Positions 28,270 to 41,152 of a stretch of 64,000 nucleotides of DNA are shown piece after piece. The notes below the pieces were generated by a model, which searched no databases, was not told the origin of the DNA, and saw only the letters and a program-made list of their open reading frames with translations. The DNA comes from Geosiphon pyriformis uo1. Its lineage: Eukaryota; Fungi; Glomeromycota. Position 1 is the stretch's first letter, and each line of letters starts with the position of its first letter. The DNA lies in the NCBI GenBank assembly GCA_016748015.1, contig JAAOMT010000682.1, positions 41,951 through 105,950 of the forward strand, given 5' to 3'. The position numbers and the translations under genes were made by a program.

Positions 28270-29220
28270 GCTTTTGACAAATAGTTTTTATTATAAATAA
28301 ATATTTTTATTTATTTAATAATAATAGTTTTAATGTAAAAATTTTTATCATTATAAATTTAATTATTTAAAAACTTTATATATTTTTTTATATTATTTAA
28401 GTTATTTATAATATTTAAAACATTAACCAAAAACAAATTATTGAATTTTGTTTATATTTTTATATAGAGTATTTAATTTAATTTATAATCTGGTTTTATT
28501 TTTTAATTTAGTATTTATAATAATTAAAATTAAATTATTTACATTTTTATATTATTTTATAATGTTTTTTTACTTAGTAAAATTGTTTATTTTTTTATAT
28601 TATATATAAAATTTTTTATATTAAATTGGTTATTAAGTTACAATATTATTAAACAATTTTATTAATGTATTTACATTAATTTTAAACATAAAATTTATAA
28701 TATTTTTTAATTTCTTAAATTTAATTTTTTTTGAAAAACTTAAATATATTTTATTAATTGATAAATTTAAAATTAAATTCATAATTATATTCTTAACTAT
28801 AATTTTTTAACAATCTTAACCAAAAACATATTATAAAAATAAATATATTTATAAGTAAAATTAAAATTAAAATTATATTTATAAAATTAATTAAGCTTTT
28901 TTTTAACTTAGTAAATTATAATTTTATTAAATATTATTATTAAAAAAATATGTCTTTGATTCTATTAGTTTTATAAGTTATTTTTTTTAACAAAAAAACT
29001 TGATGTAATTTGTGTTTAAAATTTGTTATAAAATAAAATTAAATAATTAACAAAAGCCAATTTTTCAACATAAATTTGAAAAAAACCAATTTATTGTTTT
29101 TTAAAATTTTTTTGAATTAATAAGTTTTTTATTAAAAAAATTATATTTTAAGAATTTATAATTAAATTATTTATAATTAATATTTTATTTATATTAGTTT
29201 AGTTATATGTAATTATTATT
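28270..29220. other. Extremely AT-rich low-complexity tract
   Basis: Almost no G/C, no ORFs. Confidence 0.8.
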
Positions 29221-29321
29221 GTAAAACTTTTTTCTTTCATTTATTCCAAATTTTCAAAAAAGAGTCAAAAGTTTTTTGAAAGAAGTTTTTCCAACATTCA
29301 ATACAATAAAACCAACCTATT

Positions 29322-31140
29322 TTTTGATTTTAAGGCTACTGTTAGCTCCTGTGTTGTCATCATAAAAAAAACTATTAAAGAGTCTGGCTCTGGTGGGGCT
29401 TTAAGCCTGTTTTATCAAAAAAAAATAGAAAGAGTGTTACTTTGGAAGAAAGTATTGGTGGCGAAGAAGTGTCTACTAAGGTGTCAAGTAGTTGTTTATA
29501 GAGTTCTGAGACTAGTAACACCACTGAGTCTGAAAACATTGATATGGAGAAAGAATGTCTGATAGAGAAAACCAGCTTTGACTATAGCAAGAATGGCTTT
29601 ATTGCTGATAGAAATCATAATCAGACGCTTAAAGGGCCAGATATCAAAACTATGAAAACATTAGGCAAGCCATTAGAGAAGATAAATTTCTCAAGTCATG
29701 TTAATGATGACAATATTCTCTTGAATGCCTCTCTAAAACTTCCACCTCCCTTGAAAAATTTCTGTTAGAAAATTTTTTACTTTAAATATTAGTTTGAATA
29801 AGGTGATTGGAAATTCCTTTTAAGAAAAGTTGATGGTGGTTAGAAAATTATTTTCAAAAGTTAATGGTTTTGAGAAGAGCCTCTACTCCCTCAAAATTTT
29901 CTGAGATCATCCATGCTTCTTTCACTTCTGAATCCAGTTTAGCACAGACTACGGAAAAGGCAAAAGCAGCAAACATTTTGGTAAATACTGATCTTAAGAA
30001 ATCAATTGGTCATTCAGATTGGGCTGTAGTGGTAAAGAAAATTCTAATTGGAACATTAGCTGAGGCTGTGCATGCTGCACTATCCAAGTTTGGAATAATT
30101 AAGTTGATCAAGATGCAATTGGTGGAGCTGTGACAGAAAGCAGTGGTAGAATTTGAGCATTTAGATCATGCTAATTTGGTCACAGCTGAGTGATCTATTC
30201 TAATTAAAAAGAATGCCATGCATGTTGCTAGGGCTAATTTAGACAAAAAAACATGGGATGTAAGAGATTATTATAGAGCACTGCTTTATATACTGCCAAT
30301 AGGGACTAATGCTTATAATATCTGGGACTTTGTTAGATCTGTAGATGAAAAAACTTACATCATCAATTGCCATTCAGTCACATATGCTCGGGTTAGGTGT
30401 GTTGTTGTTTGTTTTGATTCTGTTGAGTTATTGGATTCTGCCATGAGAATTACACCAGTGCTTAAGGCACTAATTTATGTTGGTCTAGCTTTGTTTCTGT
30501 CAGATGTGCCAAGTATGGGAAGTCAGGTCATATGTCTTTAAGCTGTGCTGGGGGTAAGAAAGTTTTTTCTGGTAGCTCATTGCATAGAGTGCTTTCAGAT
30601 GCAGATAAAAGCAGACTGGCTGTGATATATGCCAAATATTCTGTTTTAGTTGCTTGTTCCATTTCTTTTGGTGGTCTTTCTTGGGTAAAGATTGCTAGTG
30701 AATCTTTCCCTCCCCCTCTCTTTGGCTGAGTTGTTTCAGTGAATATTGGCTTCTCTTCAAAGATAAAGCCATTTTTACTGGTTGTGACAGAAATCAATGA
30801 TAGGTTTGCTGCTCTTGAGTACAGTCTCATCAGTCTTGCAAAACATGTTGATATACTGGCTAAGAGGTTGGAAACACCTGAGCCAATGGTTTCTCAACTT
30901 AGCCTTGGATGTCAGCTGTTAGTGACTCTTTCATTACACAATCAAGAGATAGATATAGTGATGAATGAAGGTTCAAGTGTAATCACTGGTGATGAGACTG
31001 TTATAGGGATAGTGGTTTTCGATTTTTCTGTTATTGGGAAAATAGAGAACACTTTAAAAAATCTTGCAATTATGGTTATGAGTCTTTCAGCCAAAATAGA
31101 CAATGCCAGTTTGGTTCCTGCTGCTTCCTTCTCTCAATGA
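29322..31140 (+). pseudogene. LINE I ORF1 (RRM-like segments plus CCHC knuckle)
   Basis: ALSKFGIIKLIKMQLVEL.QKAVVEF; RCVVVCFDS; CAKYGKSGHMSLSC. Confidence 0.78.
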
Positions 31141-34100
31141 CAAAGCTAGTGTGGAGATTTGCTATGTGTAATGTTTGGAGTATCAATGTTCTTGCCAAGC
31201 AGAAAAACATTGTTCATTGGCACATAGAATCTGAAAATATGATTTCTATTATTACAGAAATGAAATTAAGGCTTAATACAAGGCCATAGATCATAAACAG
31301 ATTTGATGGAGTAAGAATATTCTCTTCTGGTTTGGACAAAAAATTTTTTGGTGCTGAGGTAGTGATTATTTTGGACAATTCTCTCATGCATTATGTTGTT
31401 AAAATTGAGGAAGTCTCTGGTTGTTTCATTTTTATTTAGCTCTTTTTTAAAGACAAGCTGTTGATGATAATCTTAACTCTGTATGCTGGGACTTTTGCTG
31501 AGACCAGATTTAGTCAGTCCTTTGTGATCAACTCTTTTATTGCTAAGACTATTAACTTCTTCACATTTGTAATACTAGGTGGAGATTTCAATGAGAATGG
31601 GTCTAAGAAAAGTGCAAGTTTTAAGTTTTGTTCAGATTTGGGCTTAGTCAATGCTTTTAGTAAATTTTTGCTGATTAGAGCTTCCACTTGGGGCAACTCA
31701 AGGGGTGCCATGAAGATTATTGATTATATTTTTGTGAATGAGAGTTTATTATTTGTGGTGACTGACCACAAGATCATTTTGTTTCGGATTTCTTTAATAC
31801 TGATCATAATACTGTCATAGTGTCTATTGGTTTGGGTGGGCTCTTGGATGTTTAGTTGAATAGCTTGTTAACAAAGATTGTTGGAAGTTTAAAATTAAGG
31901 ATACAGATGATGCCAAGTGGTTATGTTATAGAAACTGTTCTTCTGCCAGGCTTTTGTGGGTAAAAAATAGATTTTTTGTTGCTGCTGCTGATAATAATTT
32001 GAACTCAATATGGTTGTTACTGGAGAGTGTGATGGTAGATTCTGCAGATAAGATTTTTTCTAAGTATTGGTTCAGTAAATTTTAGTGTTCGAGAAATAAA
32101 CAGTCCTCCAAATTTTTGGGGCTTGAGTTGCTGGTTGCAAAAATTGTCAAAAGGTTAAGTTTGGCCAATATTTTTGGCTTTGATAATCTTGTGAGAAAGT
32201 GGTTAACATTAGATGCTAAAGACTTTTGTTGTTACTAGCATGGTTTAGGCTAGTAAAAAACAGATGAACATTCTCAAACATTTATTTTTTGTCAAAAGGA
32301 AATATAGGAAATCCAAGATGTATAAGTCGAAATTAGCTAAGAAGACTTCTATTAAGAATGCAGTCGAGAAATGCATGGAGAAGTTTTGCCTAGACAAAGA
32401 TGGCATAATTAGAAGTGTTTTGGATTATCTATTTTACAAGGTGGTGTTGGACTACTTGGTGGTAGATGATGAGTTGGTTTTGGAACCTAAAAAAATGAAG
32501 TCAGATGTAGATAAAATTATGAAAAATTGGACAAGGAAATATGTGATGCTTCCAGTGCTGCCTGATTTGTGGGCTCGCCAGTATGTACCACTGGGCTATG
32601 TTAGAAACAATGTATTTTTTGGTGTAATATCTGCAATTAGTATAAGTAAATTGGTTCTGGTTGTTGGTAGTCTGCCTAATGGCAAGACAACCAGCCTGTT
32701 GGGAATTCCTAATAAGTTATGAAAGCATGGTAGTAAAGAGGTATTAAAGTGTTTATTGGTGCTGTTGAATGTGTGTTTGACTGTTGGTGGAGTGCCTACT
32801 TTGTAGAAAAAAGCATGGGTTTCAATGATTTCTAAACCATATGACTGGAATGGCATTCTTATGAACACTTGACCAATAGTGCTAATTGAGACTGCTGGAA
32901 AGATTCTGTCTAAGGTTTTGTTTGATCATATTTTGTTAGTGTGTAGCAAGTTTAATGTTCTCCAGAGCTACAACTTTTTGGTGCTAAAAGGTACATCCAC
33001 ACAGTTTCTAGTGTTTGTCATCAAGTTAGTGGTTGAGGATGCTTTTGAAAAAAATAGAGAAATTTGGTTGATTCTGTAGAATATGCAGAAAACATATGAT
33101 TCTATTGGATGACATTACTTAAAAGCTAGCTTGTAGCATATCAAAATGTGTAGCAGGTTTATTGAGTTCTTTGAGAATATATATGTAGATAAAATTAACA
33201 GAGTAATAACTGATTTTAGTCTGTCAGATGGCTACAGAGTACATGATGAGTTTGATCAAGATGAGATCTTCTTGCCCTTTTTGTGGAGGATATTTTACAA
33301 TCCACTTTTGTGTGAGGTTAAGAAACATGAACAATTGTGTAAGTACCGAATCAATACTAAGTTTGTTTCAAAAACAGATAAAATTGAGAGTAGTGATGGG
33401 ATAACATCTTGTTTTGCAGCTGGCATATTTGTTGATAATACTATTTGGATTGGGAATTGTCAGGCTTTTACTCAGTATGCTTTGAATATTGCCAGTGAGT
33501 TCTTTATAATTAATGATATCTCTATCAACAGTAAGAAGACAGTAGCTATTCCCATCAATCAAGGTGTTAAAGTAGCTTCTTTGAGTATTTGTGAACAGCT
33601 GATTTCAATAGCCAAAAAAAGCAAAGCACATTGTTACTTAAGAATCTTTTTGTCTATAAAGAGGTTGTTTAAGCCTAGTGTTGCCAGAGCTTATTCTGAT
33701 GTTTGTTTCTTTGTTAATGTTTTGCTTAAGAAGACTGTTTCAGATAAACAGTTTTCATACTTGGTCTCAGCTGTCTTGCAGCCTATAGTTGGTTACTGAA
33801 CTCAGTTTAGTTTTGTTTTGTCAAATGTTTGTCACAAATAAGATGCTATAATTAGGAAGGGTCTCAAGTCTAAAGCATGTTTGCCACGTGATTTCCTTAG
33901 TGAAGCTTTGTATCACCCATTTTTGTATGATTTGAAGTCATTTGAGCAAGTCTAGGCTGAAGGTAAATTGGCTGCTGTAATCTTATTTTCTAATGCTTAT
34001 GGAATTCTTGGTTATTTGTTTTGTCACTGGTTCTTGAATTTGCAGGTTTTGGATTGGGCTTCTTTGGATTCTTTACAGTTTCCTGTTAAGTTATGTGTTA

Positions 34101-35817
34101 GCTCAGTGAACAATTTTTTGGCTGGTGTAGTTAGAATTTTTTTGAACAATATGCTGTCTTTGGTGAACATATTATCTAGTGTTTTTTGTAATCCTGGTGT
34201 ATTTTTGATGATCTTGGTCTTGGGAAAGTCTTTGTTCTTTGATTCTGTTTGTTCCTTAAAGCATTTTGAGATTGTTTTTAGTAACCAACTGTATAATAAG
34301 AAAAAGAGAGTGATAGACTAAAAAACTTTCCACCACTGAAAAAGATTGAATCTTAGGGGTCCTGTGCCCTATTAGTTTGTACTTACTTCTAAATTTTTGA
34401 ATGATAAGGGTTCTTTGGAATCTGTCTCTGTGGCTTCTTCTTCTTCTTTGCCCAGTTTAAGCATTTTGAATTCTAAAAAGTTTTTGGATATTTAGAATGG
34501 CTTATATGAAGTTTGGTTTGGTAATTTTGAAGTCTATATGGATAGTTCATTGAAGAGTGCTGGTTCTGCTGATGTTGTGAGTGGGGCAGCTGCATATTTT
34601 CTAGTTTTGGATATAGGTGTTAACATGAGAGTTCAGGGCCTTTTTTTTTCTACTATGACTGAATTACAAGCAGTTGTCTTGGCTTTGGAGTGTGTTCTAT
34701 TCTCTTGTAGTGTAGATTTATATCTTGACAGTCAAGCTGCTATTGATACATGTGTGTCTGAGATGTTATTTGTCTTTCCCAACTTTTATAATTATTACTG
34801 GGTAGAAAGGAAACATATTTTTAATTTGGTCTAGGATAAAGATTTTATTGTGTATTGGATTAAGATCAAGGATCATTCTGGGATTGCCAGTAATGTGAAG
34901 ACTGATACTTTTGCCAGTGAAGCAGCAGACTCTCCTGTTTTTTTACCTGTGGGTGTGCAGAAACATTTTTTGATAACTGAAAACATGGCCATGTTTGGCA
35001 ATACTTGCCACTTTGTTTGAGATTTGTTCAGGTCTGTTTGTCAAGCTTGTTGGAAAGTGGGTCCTAGTTGTAACATGATTTTGAGGGTGTTAGTCAGTAA
35101 TGTGGATTGGATCGCCACCTCAAGAGTGTGGCATTCCAATTTACACATGCTTACAGGGTTTATTAGTTGGAAGTCAGTCATTTTGCACATGTATATGATA
35201 AAAGCTATGTATTATAGGCTGTCTGTTGCTGTTTGTAAGAGGCTTTATAATAAGAAGTATCCTGGTGTGCTTTGTTTGTTGTGCAGTAAAGTGGAATTGC
35301 CAAATCATGTCTTTACTTGTGCTTGAGATATTAACATTTGAAGAGAGGTTTGTTTAAGGCTTTTGTACTTTGGGCTTCTGTAGTTGGTGTTTATTGCTCG
35401 TTTTTTTCTGCTGTTTCTTGGGTGCTTAATCTTTGTCAATCAGATGTTGGCTTGTATTTGGTAATATGCAAAAGTTTCATGCTGAAGGATTGGTGTGAGG
35501 AGGCTGTTGGGGTCTTTGATGAGAAAGAGAAACCTGTTAACTTTGTTGTTGATTTGGTTAGGTGGTTGGTTGAGCTGTATTATTCTAAAGCATGATTAAT
35601 GAGATTTGAATTTAGAGTGCATATGGAAAAGGCTGGTTTGGTTGGTGATAGTGATATGTTGTCAGGTTTTTCATATTGTGCAGAATCTGTGTTATTGGGT
35701 GGTGTGATCAGATTTCTTGGTGTATTAGAATCTTTTATTGTTGGCTTTGGTTATTGCAGGCTTTGTCTTTTTTTTTTTGGTCTGGATAGTAGTTCCTATG
35801 TTAATATAAATGTGTAG
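31137..35817 (+). pseudogene. LINE I ORF2 (AP endonuclease, RT, RNase H, Zn finger)
   Basis: CNVWSIN, ITEMK, LGGDFN, IDYIF, TDH (APE); PIVLIET, AGIFVDNT (RT); VYMDSS, TELQAV, YLDSQAA, KIKDHSG (RNase H); CLLC..NHVFTC. Confidence 0.9.
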
Positions 35818-35954
35818 TATTGTCTTGTCTGGTCTAAGTGGCTAGCTACATGTAAAAAGTGCATGAATCACATTTAGTTTGAGCCACTTAGTTTGGTTCT
35901 ATGTACTAGATAGTGGTTGGGCTTCACTTGTTAAACACAATAATAATAAAAAAA

Positions 35955-35978
35955 TTATATATATTATATATATATATA
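35955..35978. repeat. (TA)n microsatellite between the two LINE tails
   Basis: TTATATATATTATATATATATATA. Confidence 0.8.
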
Positions 35979-36108
35979 TTTTTTTATGCATTTTATGAAT
36001 AAAGCCCAACTGCTATCTAGTATATAGAACCAAACTAAGTAGAACAAACTAAATGCAGTTTATGCACTGGCTACATGTGGCCAACCACTCAGGCTAGACA
36101 AAGCAACA

Positions 36109-37363
36109 CTACACATCTATGCAAACAAAAACATTACCACCTAAACCAGAAAAAAAATAACAGCAAAAGCTTCTACAATACCAAGCATATGAACAATTCC
36201 ATCCGACAACAAAGATACCAAGCAACAAGACAGGCCTGAGATCCCACTATCATCTTTAAACAAACTAGCTTTTTCCATATTTACCCTATGCTTAGTTCTA
36301 ACAAGTCAGATCTTGGTATAATGTAATTCAACCACAAATTTAACATAATTAATAAGAGCCAAATCAGCCTTTTTTTTTCTTCAAAGATCAAAACAGCTTT
36401 AGCCCACCAGTTCTTTAACACAAAACTCTTGCATATAGTAGTATATAGACCCATATTCAAAGAATATGTTAATAGTGAATGTAAAACAGCTGATGTAGGC
36501 AGGCAAGAGAGGCCTATCAATGACACCTATTTTTTAGCCATCTCCTCCAAAATGTCACCACAGAGACCAATATTACCAAGACAAGCAAAACCATAATCTA
36601 ACAACTCTACATCTTTACACAACAAGCACAACACTCCAGGATAATTTTTATTATACAACCTCTTTCTAACTACTACTGGCAACTGTCTATGCACTATTTT
36701 CATCAAATAAGTGTACATATTAGCTTAGCATCTGCTAATAAACTCAGAGAGCATATGTAAGTCAGGATGTCAAATTTTTGCAGTAGTAACCCAATCTATT
36801 TCATTAACCATAGTATTTAAAACAACATCATAGCCAAGACCAGCCTCCTATTGAGCACGGCAAATTGACTGGTAAATGTCATGAACAAAATAACAAGTAT
36901 TACCAAACATAGCAGTATTCTCAGCAACCAAAAATTTCTTCTGACTTCCAACAGACAACAAAAGTAAAGAACAGGCAGTTTTTCCTGCCAACTTATTAGT
37001 CCTAACATTGCCCAAAACCTCTAAATATCTTTTAACTTTCACCTATTTAATTAAAATGTCTTTACTCCTAATAAGATCAGCTATATGCAATCTTTCAATC
37101 CAGCAACAATTGTGGAAATTTGGCATGGCAGATGAAATCTCTGAAACACAAGCATTAATTACAGATTGGCTGTCCAAATACAAAATCATAGCACAAGAAA
37201 ATGGAATACATTCCAAGGCCAAAGCAATAGCTTGCAACTCAGCCAGAGTAAAAGACAAAAGCCTATTTACTCTAACCCCAACACCCATGTTCATAGCCAA
37301 AAAATATGCAGTCACACCACTAATCACTTTAGCAGAACCAGCATCTTTTAAAGACCTATCTGT
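36109..37363 (-). pseudogene. LINE H ORF2 3' part (RNase H, Zn finger)
   Basis: LAELQAIALAL, YLDSQSVI, VKVK..GNVRTNKLA, CLLCKDVE. Confidence 0.88.
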
Positions 37364-38178
37364 TGTTACCAGACAAAATTAGAGATATTGTTTAGCATGA
37401 AATTACCCTTATAATTCTTATCATTAGTTAGCATATATTATTGTCTCAAATTATCACTTATTACATTAGCAAAATATTCGAAATTATCATTTAATTAATA
37501 ACCCAATTTGTACATAACACAAATATAACCTAATTGTGATGATCAATCATACAATACTCCGAACTATATAACATTCAAAAAGTTTGCCAAAATTTGTAGA
37601 AATTCGCCGAAATAATTGATAGTTCACCGAAATATCTAATAGTTTGCAGAAATAACTTGTAGTTTGCCAAAATGTATCTCTAGTTCAGCGAAATTGTAAA
37701 AAATAGCAAAGTTTAAGTTCATAGAATAGTGTTACGACAAGTTGTATAAAAAAAAAGCTTCTCTTTTTGAAAAAATGTATCTTACTTCAGATTGAACAAT
37801 TAGAATTATTCTTTACACACAAAAACAAAATAAATATCAAATAATTTGAAAAGCCAAATTCTTAATTATTTCCCTTGAAATTAACCAATTCCTATTAACA
37901 GTTTGAAATTGACTAGCTACCAATTTCAGTAAACTGTTAAAGCACTTTCAGGCCTGGATCCAAAACGACTTCCATAAAACATTTTTACTTTTCTTTTACA
38001 TTTCTTTTATTTTCCTTCTTTTCTTATTATAAATCATTTGGGTAGCCTACAGACGAGAATTCCTGTAGAAAATTTGACTTTTACAGTAAAGTAACTACAC
38101 ATTTTAGTAAGCTTTTAGATAAGCATTTCCTAGAAAAGAGTTAACATTTACTATAATGTAACTATACAAAGTAACTGG
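37364..38178 (+). repeat. 5' LTR of G, first segment (continues at 47793-47956)
   Basis: Direct repeat of the start of 55860-56798. Confidence 0.92.
37581..37695 (+). promoter_or_regulatory. U3 array of six ~20-bp units with core AGTTCGCCGAAAT, upstream of a TATA-like box
   Basis: Units at 37581, 37601, 37621, 37641, 37661, 37682; TATAAAA at ~37745. Confidence 0.6.
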
Positions 38179-38876
38179 TGTTACCAGAGGTTTTTGGTCT
38201 CTTTTCTTAAATGTTGTCGATACTTATTTGCTGTGAATTCACGTTTTCTGGATGTGGTTGAACCTCTAGTAACTGAATTTATCTTCAAATTATCTCCTAT
38301 AATTTGAACTGCTGGGCTTATAAGTGGAATGGCCAATTCCATGCCAGTTACTTTATGTAGTTACATTGTAGTAAACATCAACTCTTTCTCAGGAATTGCT
38401 CGTCTGGAAGCTCACTAAAATGTATAGTTATTTTGCTGTGAAAGTCAACTCTTCTACAAAAATCTTGTTTGTAGGCTACCCTAATGATTATAGTAAGAAA
38501 ATAAAAGAAAAAAAATAAAAAGATGTAAAAGAAATAAAATTCTGTCAAGGGAAACGTTTTCAATCCAGGTCTAGAGTCACTAACAGATTATTGAAATTGG
38601 TAGCTAATCAATTTCAAAACTTTAGTTGGGTTTTGAGAATTTTCCAAGTGCAATAATTAAAAAATTTGGTTTTTCGAATTATTTGATATTTATTTCTTTT
38701 TGTGTGTGTAAGAATGGTTCTAAGTGATAAATCTAAAGTAAGATACATTTTCTCGAAGAGAGAAGCTCTTCTTTTTATACAACTTGTCGTAACACTATTC
38801 TATGAACTTGAACTTTGCTATTTTCTACAATTTCACTGAACTAAAGATACATTTTGGCAAACTACAAGTTATTTCT
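38179..38876 (-). repeat. 3' LTR of F (runs into the assembly gap)
   Basis: About 97% identical by eye to 46808-47505. Confidence 0.93.
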
Positions 38877-39064
38877 NNNNNNNNNNNNNNNNNNNNNNNN
38901 NNNNNNNNNNNNNNNNNNNNNNNNNNNNNNNNNNNNNNNNNNNNNNNNNNNNNNNNNNNNNNNNNNNNNNNNNNNNNNNNNNNNNNNNNNNNNNNNNNNN
39001 NNNNNNNNNNNNNNNNNNNNNNNNNNNNNNNNNNNNNNNNNNNNNNNNNNNNNNNNNNNNNNNN
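38877..39064. other. Assembly gap (188 N)
   Basis: Run of n. Confidence 1.
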
Positions 39065-39596
39065 TTGGGTTTTGTAGTACGTTTTCACAGGTGTGGAATA
39101 GGTCATAAAGTCTAAGAGCAGCTCTGAGCCTGTAGCGACTGTTTGTTGATCCAGCTGTTGTCTTGAATTCATTGTGGAGTTGTTTCTGAATAGCTTTTTT
39201 TGTGAGGTTTGCTGTTGTAAGTTCCAGTTTCCATTCGTAGAGTGTTTTTCCAATGTGAAAATATCTATAGATTGGAGGATATTTAGTGTTTTCCTTATTG
39301 AGACACAGTTGAAGTCTTTGTTGAATTGTAGCATTTGGTGGAATACTAATCAGAATGAGCATTAGATTTTCTCTTAAAGCAAGCTTTAAAAGTTCTGGCA
39401 GGTGAATTCCAGTATAACTTCTTGTGTTCTTTTTATACGGGTAATATTTTCATGAATTTGGGGCTAAATTTGTAACTACTTCTGTTTGGGTATAATTAAT
39501 GTAGTTTTCAGTAACAGTAATGGATAATTCAGGTATTGTTTTTAAAGCTAACATTAGTTTTTGGGATAATTGTTGAATGTTTTGAGGAATAGTCAT
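39065..39596 (-). pseudogene. ORF3 of element F (3' end in the gap)
   Basis: ATG at 39596: MTIPQNIQQLSQKLMLAL...IYRYFHIGKTL...LRAALRLYDLFHTCENVLQNP; one internal TGA. Confidence 0.78.
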
Positions 39597-39717
39597 TATA
39601 AGCAATTTGAAATAAAAAAAAATTATTTTTGGTGCATGGGTTTTTATGTTATTTTTGTTTTGTTTTTGTGAGATTGTTTCTAAATTATAAGAAAATAACT
39701 ATAATAATTAATTTAAA

Positions 39718-41103
39718 TTAAGTGTTCAAGTTGGGAGGCTGTTTAATGACAACTATTGATTCTAAATTTTGGGGAATATCTTCGGGATTGATTAAAGGGA
39801 AATGTGTACCAATTTATGGAATTAATGATTCAGGATTGTTTCTGGAATTATAGTGTTTCAAACAATCTCCATGTGCAACTTTTGCTAGAATTTTGTCATC
39901 AAGTCTTAGCTTGTATGATCCGTTGCCTAAAACTTTATGGATAAAAAATGGTCCATTCCATTTATTTTCAAATTTCTCACTCCATTGTTTTTCAGCTTTA
40001 GTTCTGTGTAAGAGAACTTTGTTTCCGATTTTAAATTTATTGGTGACTGGAGGCAATTTGTCATCATGCCATTCTTTTTGTCGAGCTTGGGAGTTTTCAA
40101 TATGGGTGGCTGCTATTCGTTGTTTTCCTTCCAACATGCTAAGCAGAGTGTAGACTCTTTGTTGAAGTGTTTCCTGAAAATTGTTTTTATTGATTGGTTG
40201 TGCTAGGTATGTTTCCACTGTGAACTTAATTGGTAGCATTGCTGTCCTTCTGTAAGTTAAATCAAATGGTGTGTGTTTTGTGGTATCTTGTTTTAGTGTT
40301 CTATATGCTAGTAACACTGATAGAATAAAGATATTCCATTTTTGCTCAAAATCGGTTGAGACTTTGGCTAATGACTCACACAATGTTCTGTTAAAATGTT
40401 CCACAAGTCCATTTGTTTGTGGATGGTAGGGCGAAGACAGAGGTCTTTTGACATTGAATTGTTCACAAATTTTTTGTATTAGGTTGTTCACAAAATGTGT
40501 TTCCTGGTAAGATAAAAGTTCAATTAGACATCCGTGTCTACAAATGATGTTTTCGTAGATGAAATTTGCTACTGATTTCGCATCTGCTCATTGAATGGCT
40601 CTGACTTCAGGCCATTTAGTAAGATAGTCTACAGCTACTGCAATATAACAGTTTTCTTGAGTGGTGATAGATAATGGTCCAACTAAATTGATACCAACTC
40701 GGTTAAAGAGTTGTTCAACTTTGATTGGATTTAATGGTTTAGTAGGGTGTGTTCCTCTTCTTCTTTGACAACTATCACAAGATTCGACATATTTGTGAAT
40801 GTCTTTCCTCATTCGAGGCCAAAAGTAGTATTCTAGTGTTCTTTGAGTGGTGCTATCTTTTCCGAAGTGTGCTGATGAAGGATTTGAGTGCATGTTGTAT
40901 AATATGATCTCTTTTTCCTGTTCTTGTATTAGTCTGAGTGGTTTGTCTGGGTTTTTGAAATTTCGATGATAAATAATGTTGTTGTGTAGAAAATATTGTT
41001 TGGCTTGTTGTTGTAGTTGATGTTTTTTATCTGGAGACCAATCTGTTGAGATTGTTAATGTTTCCAAATATTGTTTGAGATTGTTGTAGTTTTCTAAATT
41101 CAT
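39718..41103 (-). pseudogene. Integrase ORF of element F
   Basis: MHSNPSSAHF...CDSCQR (HHCC), GINLVGPL, HPQTNGLVEHFN, KWNGPFFIHKVLGNGSYKL. Confidence 0.93.
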
Positions 41104-41152
41104 TGTTTGTTGGCTTTTTTGGTTGGTTAAGTTGAGTGTTGGTTTTTGTTTT

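Larger units (their letters stand above)
29223..35954 (+). mobile_element. Near full-length non-LTR retrotransposon (LINE I) with APE-RT-RNase H
   Basis: ORF1 plus ORF2, conserved 3' UTR, (TAA)n/A tail at 35941-35954; 5' end resembles the 5' end of LINE H. Confidence 0.9.

Noticed and set aside
28004-28270. Moderately complex unassigned sequence after the solo LTR
   Set aside because: No ORF, PBS or recognisable motif; cannot be assigned
37581-37695. Repeat-spacer pattern resembling a mini CRISPR array
   Set aside because: Units are only 20 bp, lie inside an LTR of a eukaryotic genome, and there are no cas genes
38802-39334. ORFs spanning the N run
   Set aside because: Artefacts of the gap, except the true ORF3 frame ending at 39065
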